The notes: generated by a model from the letters alone, not told the origin. A stretch of 64,000 nucleotides of DNA from a virus (IMGVR_UViG_3300026484_000053:64001-128000), one strand, 5' to 3'. Positions 47,487 to 57,815 are shown, counted from the stretch's first letter. Numbers and translations: made by a program.

Positions 47487-48386
47487 CTAGAACAGGTCTG
47501 ATACGAAAGGAGTTTTCTTACTATAAGAAGATGTACTAAATTGATCGATGCTAAAACCAGATTTAGTACACATTTTAGCATTTAATTCTGTTTGCGCTTC
47601 TTCTTTAACTTTAGTGTATTGTCTATGCTTATTTTGTTGTTTAAATAGTTTTACTTTTTCTTGTGGTGTGTACTTTCTATCTTTTTTACCTTCTATTAGC
47701 TGTAAATCAAGTTTACCATTTGAAGGATTAATAGGTAGTACATAACCATTAATGCTATTACCGTCTTTATATATTACAGGATCTATATCTTCCACACTAT
47801 TCTTACCTTCTGTACAGTTCTCATTAATACATTCTCGCATTTTCTTTATAGATTGTATAAGAGCAAATAAGTTAGTCATCTCTAAGAAATTATTAAAAAT
47901 ATCTATTGCTACGTATAATGCTCTTTCAAATGCATTACCTACCATTGACATAACATCCAGTAGTTCGTTGTTAACGTCACGTTGTAGTCCACTAAGATAA
48001 GCTAACGATGGATTAGCATAATCCCATACTGCATTTTTAGTTAACCAGCTTGGTGATGGAGCACTTGGACTTAAAAAAGATAAATCCATATTCAGTACAT
48101 CTTCTAGACATTCTCTCTGTTTAGTGTCTTTTTCTGTACTTTTACTACCTTCGCCGCCTACATCTACGTTAGAGTCTATAATTTTATCAGTCATATCATC
48201 TAGTTTGTCAACAGCGTCTTGCACGTTACCGTATAATCTATTAGCAGTCATAATAGTTGATTTTACTTGACTAACAGCGTTGTTATATCTTTCAATAGCA
48301 CCCTTACACTTAACTCCTTTATCAAAGTTATCGTAATGCAGCGTGCTTGGCGTGTTTTTTGTAAAGTTATTTATGTTATAAACCAT
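47487..48386 (-). CDS. Hypothetical protein in baseplate operon
   Basis: 299-aa ORF between gp5 and gp25 with a GGAG RBS. Confidence 0.55.
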   Translation of the reverse strand: MVYNINNFTKNTPSTLHYDNFDKGVKCKGAIERYNNAVSQVKSTIMTANRLYGNVQDAVDKLDDMTDKIIDSNVDVGGEGSKSTEKDTKQRECLEDVLNMDLSFLSPSAPSPSWLTKNAVWDYANPSLAYLSGLQRDVNNELLDVMSMVGNAFERALYVAIDIFNNFLEMTNLFALIQSIKKMRECINENCTEGKNSVEDIDPVIYKDGNSINGYVLPINPSNGKLDLQLIEGKKDRKYTPQEKVKLFKQQNKHRQYTKVKEEAQTELNAKMCTKSGFSIDQFSTSSYSKKTPFVSDLF

Positions 48387-48400
48387 TTAATTCTCCATGT

Positions 48401-49387
48401 CTAATTTAGATTAATAACAGAACCTTTAACTGTTATTGCACCAGACGCTTTAACATCCATAGATGCAGCACTTTCTATAGTCATTGCTGCTCCACTCTTT
48501 TGCGTAATCTTAGCTGCACTTTCAACGTTTAAGTTTCCAGTAATAGTACTTGTTGATTTACCATCTATTATAGTAGTTCTGTCGCCGCCTACAGCTATAT
48601 CTTCATTTTTAACTACTTTAGTTTCTGCGTTTTCATGTACAGTAAGGTATCTGTTCTTTTGAACTACTTCCATGCTATCGCCATCTGTAATTTCATATCT
48701 GTCTTTTATACTTTTCATAACAAACGTACCGTCTGGTAATAGTTCAACAAAACTTCCACTATTGTGGTGAATGTGTATTCTTTCATTACCTTCAGTATCG
48801 TCTACTTCTATAATATGTCCAGATTTAGTTTCTATTACAGTACAGTCTGGGTATGACGTGCTCTCGTTTAATGTTTCTGGTTGATCCCATACAACTCCTG
48901 TAGAAGTACTAATACCTTTAGTTTCTTGAGCTTTTTTCTTACCTAATAATGTGTCGCTAAATTTTTCATTTCTAGCTAATCTATTAATGTCACTTTCTTC
49001 TAATCTATCATCTAATGGATACACGCCATCTGGATCTGTAAATGCACCATTGTCTTTAACTACACTTTTACCAGCTATAGATCCTATAATTACAGGCTTG
49101 TTCCAATCATCATTTTCTAAAAACAGCCATACATACGTACCGTTTACTGGTATAGAACTTATACCTACTCCTGAACTAAATCCAAACATAGTAGATTGCA
49201 TTAATTCTGCCCACGGAAGCATTTCTTTTGTTACTGACTCATCGTCTGGATGAATACCAAAGATACGTACCTTTACTCTTCCAAGCATTTCTGTATCGTT
49301 ATTGTCTTCTATAACTCCCCTATAAAACATAGATGAATTCTGAAGATCCTTTAAGTTGTTCAGTTTGTCGGTTTGACTGTTTTGCAT
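48401..49387 (-). CDS. gp5: Baseplate hub/spike gp5 without lysozyme domain
   Basis: OB-fold GVIED.ND...GRVKVRIFGIH, LPWA, GT.VW.F; YP...VIETKSGH..EVDDT.GNERI; C-terminal beta-helix repeats. Confidence 0.92.
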   Translation of the reverse strand: MQNSQTDKLNNLKDLQNSSMFYRGVIEDNNDTEMLGRVKVRIFGIHPDDESVTKEMLPWAELMQSTMFGFSSGVGISSIPVNGTYVWLFLENDDWNKPVIIGSIAGKSVVKDNGAFTDPDGVYPLDDRLEESDINRLARNEKFSDTLLGKKKAQETKGISTSTGVVWDQPETLNESTSYPDCTVIETKSGHIIEVDDTEGNERIHIHHNSGSFVELLPDGTFVMKSIKDRYEITDGDSMEVVQKNRYLTVHENAETKVVKNEDIAVGGDRTTIIDGKSTSTITGNLNVESAAKITQKSGAAMTIESAASMDVKASGAITVKGSVINLN

Positions 49388-49388
49388 A

Positions 49389-50483
49389 TTAAGCCTTTCC
49401 TAATTTTATTCTAGATACTATTATCTTTTGCATGAAGTCGTCACCAAGATGCTTGTCTGTTATTTTAGTTATTATCCAGTCACCATTAATGTTTTTCTCG
49501 TCATCATCTTTACTTGTACTATTTATCTGTATTTCAACAGTGTCGCCTATATTAGTGTCTAATGTACCAGGTACTACCATTTGTAACTCATAGTTATTAT
49601 AAAGCACTTTATAAAACTGATTTTTAATAGTACTGTCTTTAACATAAAATGTTTTAACGAAATGTTTCTTATCAGATTTAGTCTCATTAAAAACATCTCC
49701 AAGACTCATCCCTTCCGTGTAGTCTTCAGATTTAAAGTCATCATATATTTTTCGTTTGTCTAGAACGTCATAACTTACATGAGAGCTATCAGGTAATAAA
49801 GCGTTAACTTTCATACCGTCTGATTGCTTAACTATAAACTCGTGTATCTTATAAACGTAATCTGGATTATCCGGTGAGTGCTTATATACTACATTACTTG
49901 GTTCTTGTATTAAAGATGTAAATTCTTTTAATTTATAAGCATCCCTAGTCTGGAAAAACAGCATATTACTTGTATTCTTCATATAGGTTATAACGTGACT
50001 AAATGGTCTATCCAGCGGTATTATAAAATTATCATATTTTTGTTCTGGAGTATCGAAATCTTGTTCGAATTCTTCAAAATTTTCGCATGATTCTAACACT
50101 TCTTTCATAGTACATTGTTCGAATCCTTTTATCTTGTAAGTATTCATGTTCTTTACTGTAAAAGTATCTAAGAATTCTAATATAACTAGTTTTTCACCGT
50201 TATTAGCATCACTAAAGTTTACGTTTGTAACACTAAATGTCTGTTTAAACTCTTTATCGTTGCAATCTTTAAATGCTAACTCAAGTTTACTATCAGTTAT
50301 AATAGACTTCTTTTCACTCATTCCAGTAACGTCTCTAAAAGACATATTACCTGACGTATAAGTTTTGTTAATGTCGAAATATATCTCCATGTCTATTATT
50401 TGTTCATTCAATATTTTAAGACCCTCTAGATATACTTCCTTATTTTTAAGTTGTATATCTTTGTTTCCTTGAGCAAACGCCAT
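49389..50483 (-). CDS. gp27: Baseplate hub protein gp27-like
   Basis: Position next to gp5; VVPG..DTNIGDTVEI...ING.W.ITKI.D...MQKI.V C-terminus. Confidence 0.65.
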   Translation of the reverse strand: MAFAQGNKDIQLKNKEVYLEGLKILNEQIIDMEIYFDINKTYTSGNMSFRDVTGMSEKKSIITDSKLELAFKDCNDKEFKQTFSVTNVNFSDANNGEKLVILEFLDTFTVKNMNTYKIKGFEQCTMKEVLESCENFEEFEQDFDTPEQKYDNFIIPLDRPFSHVITYMKNTSNMLFFQTRDAYKLKEFTSLIQEPSNVVYKHSPDNPDYVYKIHEFIVKQSDGMKVNALLPDSSHVSYDVLDKRKIYDDFKSEDYTEGMSLGDVFNETKSDKKHFVKTFYVKDSTIKNQFYKVLYNNYELQMVVPGTLDTNIGDTVEIQINSTSKDDDEKNINGDWIITKITDKHLGDDFMQKIIVSRIKLGKA

Positions 50484-51013
50484 TACATATCCTTCGCTGC
50501 GTATTTAGTCTCGTCTATCGCCTTCCTAATGTATTCTGGCTTAACTAAGTTAATTATACGGAATTTTTCATTATTACTTTGTATAACGTCTTCAATTTCA
50601 GTTCTCTTAGCGCTTTTCTCTTCAAGCGGTGTATACACGTCAGTGTAATTATCTTTCCATTTTTCGTATCTAGCATCAGTCTTTAGTAGAACTTCATCAA
50701 ATGCCTTTGGTAATTCATTTATAGATCTTATACTGTTAAATAACATAATAAAATCCCACATAGCAGTGTTATCATAATAATCTTGTGCTATTGACTCTAT
50801 TAATTGCCCATCATCGACTCTATACTTTTCAATGTATTTTTCTTTATAATACTCTTGAGGCACTTTAAGATACTTTAATTTAGTAATATCCTGTACTTTA
50901 TATCCACCAAAATCAACAAGCCCAAAATCTAAAATTGAGTTTTGCATGTATAACTTCTTATGATTTTCCGTATTTGTTTCTATTATGTCTGCTATTATTC
51001 GCATTATTTCCAA
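50483..51013 (-). CDS. gp53: Baseplate wedge protein gp53
   Basis: Y.V.DG..IE.IA.DYY......WDFIMLFN LysM-like motif; NEKFR.I..VKPEY. Confidence 0.85.
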   Translation of the reverse strand: MEIMRIIADIIETNTENHKKLYMQNSILDFGLVDFGGYKVQDITKLKYLKVPQEYYKEKYIEKYRVDDGQLIESIAQDYYDNTAMWDFIMLFNSIRSINELPKAFDEVLLKTDARYEKWKDNYTDVYTPLEEKSAKRTEIEDVIQSNNEKFRIINLVKPEYIRKAIDETKYAAKDM

Positions 51014-51678
51014 TCCTTTCTAGTCTTAACGCCGTATTCAGCGAACGACATGTTAATTTGCATCATTTTAGACGAACCGTCGTGGAAAGTACTAGGATAA
51101 CCTTGAGCAAAGTGCTCTACAGCAAAACTAGTTAACGCCATAGCATCGAACTTCATGTTCTTTTGAAGAACGTCGTTGCTGAACTTTATCTGAAAGAAAT
51201 ACGGACTTTTTAGCATAGCTCCACCAGCTACTCTTTCAGGTGCAGACCATAACTTAAAGTTCTTAATTATGTCTTGTACCATATCAGATTCTGCCTTACT
51301 TTGAGGTATAAACGTAAAACTACAGCTCCACTCTCTAAGACCAGTACCGTTATATACTTGCGTTAATTTAGGATCTGTTATAGTACCAAAGCTTGTAGCA
51401 CCTTTCTGAATAGCTTTACCTATTTTAGTACTTGAAGCAGCTTCCATAACGTCAGATAATATAGAACCGTCTTGGTTAAAATTGTGATTTATAGTCTCTC
51501 CTAAAGAGTTAGGCATTGGTAGAGTAATACCTCCAATAACAGTACTATTTGATTCAGACGCATCAGATAAACTAAGTAAGTCTTTAGTACCTGGTTTTAG
51601 TTCTTTAGCTATAAACGACACGTATGGAATATCGTCTCCAAATAGTTCTAGTGGGTAGTGAAATGATTGTCTTGACAT
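51004..51678 (-). CDS. gp48: Baseplate tail-tube cap gp48
   Basis: I.LPMPN, DP.L.QVY.G...RE..FTFIPQS..ES..V..II..FK, P..F.IKF. Confidence 0.85.
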   Translation of the reverse strand: MSRQSFHYPLELFGDDIPYVSFIAKELKPGTKDLLSLSDASESNSTVIGGITLPMPNSLGETINHNFNQDGSILSDVMEAASSTKIGKAIQKGATSFGTITDPKLTQVYNGTGLREWSCSFTFIPQSKAESDMVQDIIKNFKLWSAPERVAGGAMLKSPYFFQIKFSNDVLQKNMKFDAMALTSFAVEHFAQGYPSTFHDGSSKMMQINMSFAEYGVKTRKDWK

Positions 51679-51687
51679 TTAATCTCC

Positions 51688-53694
51688 TTATCTGCCGTCT
51701 ATAGCAAGTGTAAGCAATAACGAGTCGTTATCGCCAAAGTTATTTAAACCTACTTGTGGTTGTTTTTGTTCTTGTTGGTTTGAATTAATTATTATCGGTT
51801 GCTCTTTCTGTTCTTTCTTCTCTTGTACTTTTGGAACTTGGACACTAGGTGATATACTTTTAAGTTGTTCAATTCCTTTAGGCATAATAGCTTTAGAAGT
51901 AATCTTCTGAGAAGCTTCTTCATTAGTATTTATAGATGGCGCGCTATTATGCTTTTTAATCTTTACTTTAAGAGATTTTAACCTCTTCATTGTATTATCA
52001 TCCCAATCGTCATCTTGTATTAACTGATCGATTATTTGGCTTGGTAACTGTTCTATACTATCCCAATCTTTTATAATCGAATTTCCCAATAAGTTTTGTT
52101 CAAGTATACCTTTCTCTTCTAACGTATCCAAGTTATCTGAGCTGTCAGATCCTAAATTAGTACCTTGCTTAGCGTTAAAACTTGTTAGCGCTTTAGCATT
52201 ATATATACTTTCTTTATTCTGAGCGTCTGTTTTCTTACCAAAAACAAAATCACTTATGTTTTGGCTAACTTTAGATAAACCAGTTTTAGGTGCGTATTCC
52301 TCGCTTATAACTGAGTTTGTTAAACTAGTGTAATTTTCGTTACCTAACGATGCGCTAAGTGAGTTAAGATACTTTGTTTTTGTAGCGTTATCCCAATCAT
52401 TACCTTTAACTCTTTTTAATTCTTCTTCAAGGTAATCTTTAACGTTATCAGTACTTATAAGTTCAGGTGCTGAACTTTCAAGAGATTTAATTTCACCTTG
52501 TAAGTCTTCAGCTCTGTCAGGATCAGTTTCAACACTAAGTTGTTGTTTCATGTTTGGTAACAGTGCGTTGTTAATATAGTCGTACATTACGAAAGGAGAT
52601 TCTTTCTGATCATCTGGTATTTTATCGAATGGTTTTGCAAACATCTCATTAAGCTTTTCTCCTACCTTATCACCAAGCACATAACCAGCACTAGCTCCAA
52701 CAGCAGTACCTACAAGTCTAGCACCTGGTATTGGTAGTGGCGCTGCCATCATAAAGCCTATTTTAGCGCCACTAATTGCACCAGCTAGTCCACCACCAGT
52801 CTCAGCTATTACTTCTTTTCTATCGAAGTCATTATTTTTTAACTTATACTCTTTAGATGCATTATATACATCGTAAGCCATTAACGCAGCTCCTGCTAAG
52901 GGCATAGCCCTAGATGCTCCTTTACCAAGTCCTTTCATAAGACCTCTAGCACCTTTCTTAACGCCTTTACCTAAAGACTTGAAGCTAGAACCTTTAGATG
53001 CTTTAGAACTTTTATGATCGTTATTAGAGCCAAACATATCAAATATATTTGAACTTTGTTCTTTGTCTTTAGATATCGACGCGCTATCGTTCATTGAACT
53101 TGCGTCTACAGTACCTAATCCAGACTCTCTGTCTTTAAAGTCTATAGCGGTATCTTGCTCTTTTTTCTTTGGCTTTTTAATTTCTTGTAAAGCATCGTCT
53201 ATATTGTCTAGTTTTTCATTTATTTTCTGTAATTCAACAGAACTATTATGATTTGAACTTACTAATGGAGTACTAGATATACTAGATATACTAGATATAC
53301 TATGCGTATTAGCTTTATATTTGCCTGTCTTGTTATATGCTCTTTTGGTTTTAATATCTTGAACAACTTCTTCAATTTGTTCTGCACTACTTGCGTTTTT
53401 AATGTTTCCAGTGTTAACGACCTTGGATGAAGAGTCTGTATTTTGCACTTGATTGTCTTTATTTTTAGGCTTGGTATTTGGCTTGGTATTTGGCTTGGTA
53501 TTTGGCTTTTCATCTCTATTGTTATTAGAGCTGTTATCTTTAAGCATATACTTGGCACCTTTAAAAGTACTTCCTATAAGGTCTCCTATAGGATTGTCAG
53601 TAGCTAGACTAATTAAGGAGTCTTTCATATTATTTAGACCCTTTCCTGTAAGATCTTTAGTATTTCTAGCTACGTTTCTTGTTTTTTCGAACAT
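51688..53694 (-). CDS. Tape-measure/hub protein (gp29-like)
   Basis: 668 aa, helical, with a Gly/Ala-rich GGLAGAISGAKIG segment; lies between gp54 and gp48. Confidence 0.6.
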   Translation of the reverse strand: MFEKTRNVARNTKDLTGKGLNNMKDSLISLATDNPIGDLIGSTFKGAKYMLKDNSSNNNRDEKPNTKPNTKPNTKPKNKDNQVQNTDSSSKVVNTGNIKNASSAEQIEEVVQDIKTKRAYNKTGKYKANTHSISSISSISSTPLVSSNHNSSVELQKINEKLDNIDDALQEIKKPKKKEQDTAIDFKDRESGLGTVDASSMNDSASISKDKEQSSNIFDMFGSNNDHKSSKASKGSSFKSLGKGVKKGARGLMKGLGKGASRAMPLAGAALMAYDVYNASKEYKLKNNDFDRKEVIAETGGGLAGAISGAKIGFMMAAPLPIPGARLVGTAVGASAGYVLGDKVGEKLNEMFAKPFDKIPDDQKESPFVMYDYINNALLPNMKQQLSVETDPDRAEDLQGEIKSLESSAPELISTDNVKDYLEEELKRVKGNDWDNATKTKYLNSLSASLGNENYTSLTNSVISEEYAPKTGLSKVSQNISDFVFGKKTDAQNKESIYNAKALTSFNAKQGTNLGSDSSDNLDTLEEKGILEQNLLGNSIIKDWDSIEQLPSQIIDQLIQDDDWDDNTMKRLKSLKVKIKKHNSAPSINTNEEASQKITSKAIMPKGIEQLKSISPSVQVPKVQEKKEQKEQPIIINSNQQEQKQPQVGLNNFGDNDSLLLTLAIDGR
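53468..53507. repeat. 12-bp in-frame tandem repeat (KPNT x3)
   Basis: ggcttggtattt x3; a 9-bp repeat at about 53272-53300 gives ISS x3. Confidence 0.85.
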
Positions 53695-53709
53695 ATATAC
53701 TCCTTATAC

Positions 53710-54198
53710 CTAAACTCTACTTCTACCACTTTTAAACGTAACACTAAACTCAGCTATAGTATTTTGCGCTTCGTTATCTAAGTTAAGTCCACTTACGCCA
53801 ATTAGCATACAATTTTCGAATTTAGCTAACAATACTCTGTCTTTATTAAATGAATCTTTTATGTTTATCTCTATGTCTACTCTTTGTTCATCAGCATACC
53901 ATCTTTCCGCGTCTATAAACCATTTGCTAAAGTATCTGTTTAGCTCAGCTGCATTACGGTCTCTAAAATTTAATGTTATTAGATAATTTTCTAATTTACC
54001 TCTAGCAAACATCCATGTTTCAGAAATATATTCTTCAATAGGGCTATCAGCGTAATCTGGCAAAGTTATGTTTTTAAGACAAGTATTTAGAGTTTCGTCT
54101 CCACCTGCTAACGCAGTAAGTTTATCACCTACAAGCGTCATCGATATATCGAATTTGTTCTGTGCTGTCCAATTAGTGTTTCTTATATTATCTATCAT
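53710..54198 (-). CDS. gp54: Tail-tube initiator gp54 (gp19 family)
   Basis: NKF.I, KNITLP, ITL.FRD, F...L..V....LD.E...IAEFSVTF. Confidence 0.6.
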   Translation of the reverse strand: MIDNIRNTNWTAQNKFDISMTLVGDKLTALAGGDETLNTCLKNITLPDYADSPIEEYISETWMFARGKLENYLITLNFRDRNAAELNRYFSKWFIDAERWYADEQRVDIEINIKDSFNKDRVLLAKFENCMLIGVSGLNLDNEAQNTIAEFSVTFKSGRSRV

Positions 54199-54202
54199 AG
54201 TT

Positions 54203-54216
54203 GTATTTATAAATAC
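54203..54216. promoter_or_regulatory. Palindromic bidirectional late promoter
   Basis: gtatttataaatac contains TATAAATA on both strands between the divergent baseplate and head operons. Confidence 0.8.
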
Positions 54217-54247
54217 ATTTAAATAAACTACACGAAAGGCATATCAA

Positions 54248-54682
54248 ATGCAAGACAACAAAGAATTAAACGAGTTAATAGACGACGTTGAAGACAAAAA
54301 GTACATTGAATTTGCTAAAAAAGCAAAGAAATCATTAGAAGACAAAATAAGAAATAATCCAAAAATAACAAAAGCAAAAGCTGAATTAGATAGATTAAAT
54401 TCTCTTAAAGATGCGTTTGTAGCGCTACAAAAAGACAAGAAAGTTACTCCTGAAGAGCCTAAAGAAGAGCCTACTGATATTGAAGAGCCTACTGAGCCTA
54501 AAGAAGAGCCTACTGATATTGAAGAGCCTACTGAGCCTAAAGAAGAGCCTAAAGAAGAGCCTACTGATATTGAAGAGCCTAAAGAAGAGCCTACTGATAT
54601 TGAAGAGCCTAAAGAAGAGCCTACTGATATTGAAGAGCCTAAAGAAGAGCCTACTGAGCCTACTAAAGACGAAGATAAATAA
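54248..54682 (+). CDS. Probable prohead core protein (gp67-like) with EEP/KEEPTDI repeats
   Basis: Position upstream of gp21; acidic repeat tail. Confidence 0.5.
   Translation: MQDNKELNELIDDVEDKKYIEFAKKAKKSLEDKIRNNPKITKAKAELDRLNSLKDAFVALQKDKKVTPEEPKEEPTDIEEPTEPKEEPTDIEEPTEPKEEPKEEPTDIEEPKEEPTDIEEPKEEPTDIEEPKEEPTEPTKDEDK
54449..54666 (+). repeat. Coding tandem repeat array (gaagagcct / actgatatt / aaa units)
   Basis: Directly visible; encodes EEPKEEPTDI variants. Confidence 0.95.
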
Positions 54683-54704
54683 ATCTAAAATACAGAGGTA
54701 TAAT

Positions 54705-55538
54705 ATGAAATTAATTTTAGAAGAAGCTATTGAGTTAGACGGTTCTATAGAAGAAGAACTTAATGAGTCTAGTGGCGCTAAGGAGAGAAACTATTACCTT
54801 AGCGGTATATTTTCTACTCCAGAAGTAAAAAACAGAAACGGTAGAGTTTATTCAAGAGAACTTTGGGAATCATGCGTTGCTGAATACCAGAAAGAAATCT
54901 CTGAGAAAACTATTAATTCTCTTGGAGAATTAGAACATCCACCAAGATCAGAAGTAGATCCTATGCAAGCTGTTATTAGAATAATAGAACTTAAGATGAA
55001 AGATGGTAATGTTTGGGGTAAAGCTAAAATACTTAATAATAACGAACCTGAGACAAATAAATTAAAGGGTTTAGTTAAAGAAGGTATTAAGATTGGTGTT
55101 TCTTCAAGAGGTATTGGTTCAGTATCTAGCACAGGTGTTGTTGAGTCGTTTAAACTAATTTGTTACGATGTTGTAAAAACTCCAAGTGATTATAATGCTA
55201 ATCTATCTGGTGTAACTGAATCTGCTGGATTAATGCTTGAAAATGGTATTCTGAAAGATAAAGAGTTTAAAGTACTTGAAAGTGGCTGTATTGGCGAATG
55301 TTCGTTAGATTCTAAATTAGAAGAATCAGAATCAGGACTTAAAGCTTCAAACCTAGAAGTATTCAAGCAAATATTAGAATCTAAAGGTGCATCTATAATG
55401 TGTGACTTAAGTATATCTGAAAAAGAAGAAGTTCTTAAAGAATTTATTAATATTATTACGTCTACTAATGAAGATACATCACTTAAAGACGAAGAATTAG
55501 GTGTTAAACTGTTAGAGGCGTTATCGGTAGTGAAATAG
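54705..55538 (+). CDS. gp21: Prohead protease gp21
   Basis: True start MKLILEE at 54705 (GAGG RBS); YLSGIF, KNRNGRVY, LGELEHP, GVSSRG.GS, DVV..PS. Confidence 0.95.
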   Translation: MKLILEEAIELDGSIEEELNESSGAKERNYYLSGIFSTPEVKNRNGRVYSRELWESCVAEYQKEISEKTINSLGELEHPPRSEVDPMQAVIRIIELKMKDGNVWGKAKILNNNEPETNKLKGLVKEGIKIGVSSRGIGSVSSTGVVESFKLICYDVVKTPSDYNANLSGVTESAGLMLENGILKDKEFKVLESGCIGECSLDSKLEESESGLKASNLEVFKQILESKGASIMCDLSISEKEEVLKEFINIITSTNEDTSLKDEELGVKLLEALSVVK

Positions 55539-55586
55539 CTTTAATTAGCGAATTGCGCACGTACATTAACTTGTATTCTAAGCAAG

Positions 55587-55594
55587 TATAAATA
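55587..55594 (+). promoter_or_regulatory. T4-type late promoter with long leader
   Basis: TATAAATA about 130 nt upstream of gp22. Confidence 0.75.
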
Positions 55595-55722
55595 CATTCA
55601 TAAGCTTACGTAAATAACGTATATACTTTAGTCGACATAGACTCTGACCGTAAAGTCATTTAAACTATGTTTTTGTCGACAGAAACAATCCGTAAGGAAA
55701 TAAAATTAAAACAGGAGACAAT

Positions 55723-56400
55723 ATGAAAGACTTATTAGAAAGTTTAGAAATGAGTGAAGAAGTTAAAACTTCAATCGCTGAAGCATTTGATAAACAAGTA
55801 CAAGAAAGTTCAGAAGCTAAAATTCAAGAAGCTTTAGAAGTTCAAAAAGAAGAACTAATAAAACTTGGAGAAGCATTTGCTAAAGAACATAAAGAAGAAT
55901 TAAAAGAAACTACAGATCTTTACTTATCAGAATTATCTGAAGAAGTAACTAAAGCGCAAGAACCAATGCTAGAAGCAGAGGTAGCAAAAGCTAAATATTC
56001 TGCATTAGTAGAAGGTATTACTGCAATAGTTGAAGCTGCTGGTATAGATATACTTGCGTTAGAATCTAAAGACTCTGAAAAAGAAGCTTTACAAGAAGCT
56101 GAAATTAAAGAGACTACTGCTAAAGTTGATTCTTTAATTAAAGAAAATGCTGACTTAAGAGCTCAAGTATCTAACTTATCAAAAGCTGGATTACTAAAAG
56201 AACTTCAAGAAGGTATGACTGAAACTCAAAAAGATTCATTTATGAAACTATCTGAAAACGTTGAATTCGTTTTATCTGAAAGTGCTGCATTTGTTGCATC
56301 ATTAACAGAAATTAAAGAATCTCTTAAAACAGTACCAGAAGTTAAAGAAGTTATTGAAGAATCTGCACCTGCAGTATCTAAATATAGCCACATGTGCTAA
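55723..56400 (+). CDS. gp22: Prohead scaffold protein gp22
   Basis: Acidic coiled-coil between gp21 and gp23; LSE.LTETQK..F.KL.E pattern. Confidence 0.85.
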   Translation: MKDLLESLEMSEEVKTSIAEAFDKQVQESSEAKIQEALEVQKEELIKLGEAFAKEHKEELKETTDLYLSELSEEVTKAQEPMLEAEVAKAKYSALVEGITAIVEAAGIDILALESKDSEKEALQEAEIKETTAKVDSLIKENADLRAQVSNLSKAGLLKELQEGMTETQKDSFMKLSENVEFVLSESAAFVASLTEIKESLKTVPEVKEVIEESAPAVSKYSHMC

Positions 56401-56418
56401 TCAGTTAATCTGATTAGG

Positions 56419-56426
56419 TATAAATA
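56419..56426 (+). promoter_or_regulatory. T4-type late promoter of gp23
   Basis: TATAAATA followed by AAGGA and ATG. Confidence 0.8.
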
Positions 56427-56449
56427 CAAATAAAACAAGGAAATACATT

Positions 56450-57778
56450 ATGTTATTAACAGAAAAATACCAAGAATTACTAGAGTCTAAAAACTTTAAA
56501 GCTTTAGAAGATATTCAAAAAGATTCAATGGCTGTTCTTTTAGAGAACCAAGAAAAAGCGCTTTCAGAAGCTACAGTAGACGCAGACGTTGCTGATTTTA
56601 CACAAATCTTTTTACCATTAACAAGAAGAGTTCAACCAGCATTAATTGCTAATACTTTACTAGGTAACCAACCTTTAAATAAACCAACTGGTTTCATTTA
56701 CTCTTTAAGCTTCCATTACACAGGTATGGGTGCAGATGCTAACGATAAAACTGCTGGAAGAATTTCTCCTGTTGCTGGTGGTCAGATCATGACTGTTGTT
56801 TTAGAAGCTGGACAAGTTTTACCAAAAGGTACTATTGTTACTGTTGGCGGTGTTGCTGCTACTGTTATCCATTCTGAAGAAGGTGCTGTTTTAATTGATG
56901 CTAAAATTGGTTCTGCTGGAGCTGATATCAACGACGAAGCTGATTCTACTAAATTAGCTACATGTGTTAACACATTCTCTGACGAATTAGGTTTCAGAAA
57001 AGTACTTAAAGCTTACACTGGTTCTTTACCAACATCTGAAGCTGAATTATTAGGTTACAACATTGCTGAAATTGGATTTACAATTGCACAAGTTGGTGTT
57101 TCTGTTAGATCAAGAAAACTTAAAGCTGCTTACACAATGGAAATGTACCAAGATTTAAAAGCTGTTCATGGTTTAAGCGCTGATAAAATTCTTTTAGAGC
57201 AAATGTCAAATGAAATGAAATTAGAAATTGATAGAGAAGTTATTGATTTTGTTAATCTTAATGCTGAATCTGCTGGAGATTTTAAAATTGGTGGTACTAC
57301 TGCTGATGGTTCAACTAGATTTGAATTAGAAGGTATGGCTCATATCGGAATTAAAATTGCTAACGAAGCTAGAAAAATTGCTAAAAGTACAAGAAGAGGT
57401 AAAGGTAATGTTTTACTTGTATCTTCTAATGTTGTTACTGTTTTAGAAGCTATTAAAGGTTTCAAAGCATTTGATGTTAAATCTGCTGTAACTGCTGGTG
57501 TTAATGCTGTTGGTACATTTAATGGTATGACTGTTGTAGAAGATATTTTCTCTGATGCAGATTACTGTACAGTAATCTATAAAGGTTCTAACACTGATGC
57601 TATCGGTTATTACTCTCCATATGTTACATCTTCACCAATTAGATTAGTAGATCCTTCTAACGGTCAACCTTCAATCTTAATTAATACAAGATATGCACTT
57701 ACTAAAAACCCAATGGGCGGAGAAGTATATGCAAGAAGATTCTCAGTTGTATTCTCAAATGACGCAATCATCGGGTAA
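56450..57778 (+). CDS. gp23: Major capsid protein gp23
   Basis: LPL.RRV.P.LIA, QPL..PTG.IY, V..RSRKLKAAYTMEMYQDLKAVHGL.A, EIDREVI, YYSPY. Inferred gp21 cleavage at LSE40/A. Confidence 0.97.
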   Translation: MLLTEKYQELLESKNFKALEDIQKDSMAVLLENQEKALSEATVDADVADFTQIFLPLTRRVQPALIANTLLGNQPLNKPTGFIYSLSFHYTGMGADANDKTAGRISPVAGGQIMTVVLEAGQVLPKGTIVTVGGVAATVIHSEEGAVLIDAKIGSAGADINDEADSTKLATCVNTFSDELGFRKVLKAYTGSLPTSEAELLGYNIAEIGFTIAQVGVSVRSRKLKAAYTMEMYQDLKAVHGLSADKILLEQMSNEMKLEIDREVIDFVNLNAESAGDFKIGGTTADGSTRFELEGMAHIGIKIANEARKIAKSTRRGKGNVLLVSSNVVTVLEAIKGFKAFDVKSAVTAGVNAVGTFNGMTVVEDIFSDADYCTVIYKGSNTDAIGYYSPYVTSSPIRLVDPSNGQPSILINTRYALTKNPMGGEVYARRFSVVFSNDAIIG

Positions 57779-57815
57779 AACCTTTGATTGATTTAATTTA
57801 GTCAATATTACGCTG

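Noticed and set aside
54449-54666. Repeat array as a possible CRISPR array
   Set aside because: Units are contiguous, in-frame and lack unique spacers. The same applies to the 2466, 30101 and 42058 repeats.
54480-54704. LKKSLL-repeat N-terminal extension of gp21
   Set aside because: An off-frame reading of the EEP repeat array; the real start is 54705 with a GAGG RBS.
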